From Candidatus Omnitrophota bacterium (GTDB lineage: Bacteria; Omnitrophota; Gorgyraeia; Zapsychrales; JAKLDJ01), in assembly GCA_022703585.1 (NCBI GenBank), contig JAKLDJ010000001.1:374891-438890 (forward strand): 64,000 nucleotides of DNA. Reading direction: 5' to 3'. A program made the position numbers and the translations under genes. This document shows, piece by piece, positions 39,001 to 42,000 of this stretch. How positions within the stretch are numbered: position 1 is the first letter of the stretch; every line of letters begins with the position of its first letter. The notes under the pieces were generated by a model, which did not search any database, had not been told where the DNA came from, and was given only the letters and a program-made list of their open reading frames with translations.

Positions 39001-42000
39001 AGTCATGGTTCTGCCTTTACTCATGACATCATTGAATCTCTGGCTGAACAAACCGGTCAATTCTGTATTTTCTCCTGAAGGGCTGACAACGCCCGCATCC
39101 AGAGACAGCCTATCCGGCCCCACCAAAGGAACTGCCGAACCGTCCTGGTTTTTTAACATGAGCGTTTCCCTAAAGATTCCCAAGTGTGCCTGGTCAGCCT
39201 CGGAAAGATCTTCAGGAAGGTTAATGATAGTTTGGCCCGGGTCAATGAAGCTCTGCGCTCCCGCAATCTTATCGGTGGCGTTGCCGTCTTTGTCAATTAA
39301 TCCCTCTTTTTTCGCCTGGGCCATTGAAAGCATCTTTGTTTCGCCGTCAGCATAGGTTACCGTAACCTTATCCGTGTCATGCGGCATGCTCATCCTGATG
39401 GTATTAAGATTCCTTCCGTTTTTAAGAAATCTGGGATTGGCCAAATGCCAGGTCTTATTACCGTTGTGAAAATCCTGTTCGTAAGCAAAAACGATGTTCT
39501 TTGACGGGCCTATCCGCCCGGGTTTTGCTTTGCCGTCGGCATCGATCAGACCTTGTTCCCGGGCAAAGGCTTCAGCAACTCTAACGCTGGACCCGTCCTG
39601 ATAGGTGACGTTGACATTGCCAAGCATCGCGATGCTGCGCACGCCTTGAGCAGCGTAGATAATTTCTCCGGCATCATTGCTCTGGGCGGCGATTTTGCCG
39701 TTTGCGTCAATGTATCCTTTGTCTTTTGCCTCGTCCCATGACATCGTTTGTTTAGTGCCATCGTTGAGAACAACCTCAAAAACATTACGCGGGTCCACGG
39801 TAATGTCCCTGATGCCCTTGCTCTCTATCCTCGCCATACGCCGAGGGGTAAAGCCTGTCCATTCGGCAATTCCAAGAACAACCGCGGATTTCTTGTAGGC
39901 CAAACGCTCCTGAAATTCCCTTTTGCCTTCGGGACTATCAAGGGCGATTCCCTTATCTGTTATGGCTTTTTCTATGGCGGCTACGTTGCTGTCTTTATTC
40001 GCGACCAAAGAACCGATCCCGTACATGGCCGGCGTAAAGAAGGTAGCCTCGAGAAACGCGGTAGCGTTATTGATGGTCCCGGCGTTTAAACTGGAGAAGA
40101 AATACTGGAGCTGATTAGCGGCGGGATTAATACCTGAGAGTATCTGGCGATTGTAGCTTTCTTTAAGTTCTTCGTCGTTCAGCCGCTCATCGCTGGGCTT
40201 TTCGTTGTTGATCTCTTTCATGTCTTCCCATAGCGCTTTTGAGCGGATAACAAATTCCGGGGTAATCCCGCTCATCTCTGCCAAGTGAGCTGTATAGCTG
40301 TTAAAGTCATTGATTCCCGACCGGCCGCCGATTCCCGGAGTGCCGTATTGTCCGAATTTGTTAGGGGCTGTGCCGCCGACAGTATAATAATTGTAAGCCG
40401 CAAGCTGAATCCGGTTGGTCGAAACGCTGATGACAGTTCCCCAAAATCCCGTATCGCTTGCCAGAGTTGTATCAGCCTGCTTTTCTGTCTTTTCTTTATC
40501 GTCAGCAACACCGCTAAAATCCTGGCTGGGGAATATAAATTTGTCGACAAGTGCCGTTCCCAATCCTGTCGCAAGAGACGTAGTAAGAAGGGCAAGGGTG
40601 CGCATCTCCATCGGCGATAGGCCGGTTTTATTTCTCGTTCCGTTATTCCAGGCCCCTTTCATGTTATGCTGTTCTATGGAATCAAGGAGCGCGCCTACCC
40701 CGGCAGGAAGAGCGCTCATAAGTACGGCGGAAGTAATTCGCTTAAAATTCCCCCAGAACCCTGTTCGGGTATCCGCTTCGTCTAACTGCAAGTCTTTCGA
40801 ATCTCCCTTACCGATGGTGTACCGGGCCGCTAACGACCCCAAAGAGCTTCCGACCTGGCCTCCTATCTGACTTAATCCTAAAGAGAAATTGCTCTGCGGA
40901 TTAATATTGTATTTCTCATAAAGCCATTGACGCATATAGGCACTGGCGATACTGCCGGTCAAGTTTGGAATTGAAGTCACCAGCGTTTGTTTCATCGCGT
41001 CGCCAAGACCGTAAGGCGTAAATTCGTTAGTTAAGTCATCGCGCTCACCCATGTTAAACGTTTCCCGGTAATCCGTACCCAATTTACTATCGCTAAGAAC
41101 AACCAAGGGCGTCATGACGATATTCGTCCCAAAGGAAGACACGGCACCAACAACAGAATTCCGCACCATGGGATTCTTTATCTTCTTGAATATTCCCCAT
41201 TTCTCGACCCACTGGGCCATTTTAAGCTTGATATATCCCGTGGCAAGTCCGAGGCCAAGACCTGCACCAAGACCCTTAAAGAAAGTTGCTGTGGCGCTCT
41301 GATTGGCAAGTGCATTCTGTGCAGGGGTCAAAGATTCCCCGGCAGCCTGTGCGGATCTCGCCGCCGAACGCGCCTCCATTTTTCCCCCCACATACATAGT
41401 CGCCACGCTTAGAGCCGTGCTGACAATAAAAGCGGTGCTCGGGTCCCACCCCCATTTCATGACCCCCACCTGGGACAAGGTGCCGTAGAAATTTGAGGCG
41501 GCCGAATAGACATTCATCATGCCCATAGTCCCGCCCGTCGCCAGATTAAAGGCTGTCTGTACACCTGCGCCGATCAAAAGGTCTTGGGTAGATGTGATCC
41601 CCGGCAGCTGATCGGAGCGGCTGATCCATTGCGAACCCCAGACAAAGGCCATCATCGAATCCGTCACCGCCATGGTCCGGATGGCATCATCAATGCCGGG
41701 GGCCAGGACAAAGCCGCTTAATTCTTCGGCAAATTTTTCTTTTGGTGTTGACAGCGCCCGGCCGATATCGGTGTAGTAGACATTGTCATCGTCCATGCCG
41801 GTAACGGTGACAAAATGTTCGGATTTAAAATTGGCGATAAAAGGTGTTTTAAGTTTGAGGATTTCTTCCGGAGAAAGCTTGAGCGTGGTAAAGTCCAGCC
41901 CGTAACTTTTGACCACTTTGTTGATGGCATACAGCGATGTCTTTAACTTCGGTTCTCCGGGCTGGATAATATTGCTTAAAATGTCCACCAGCAAAGTCGC

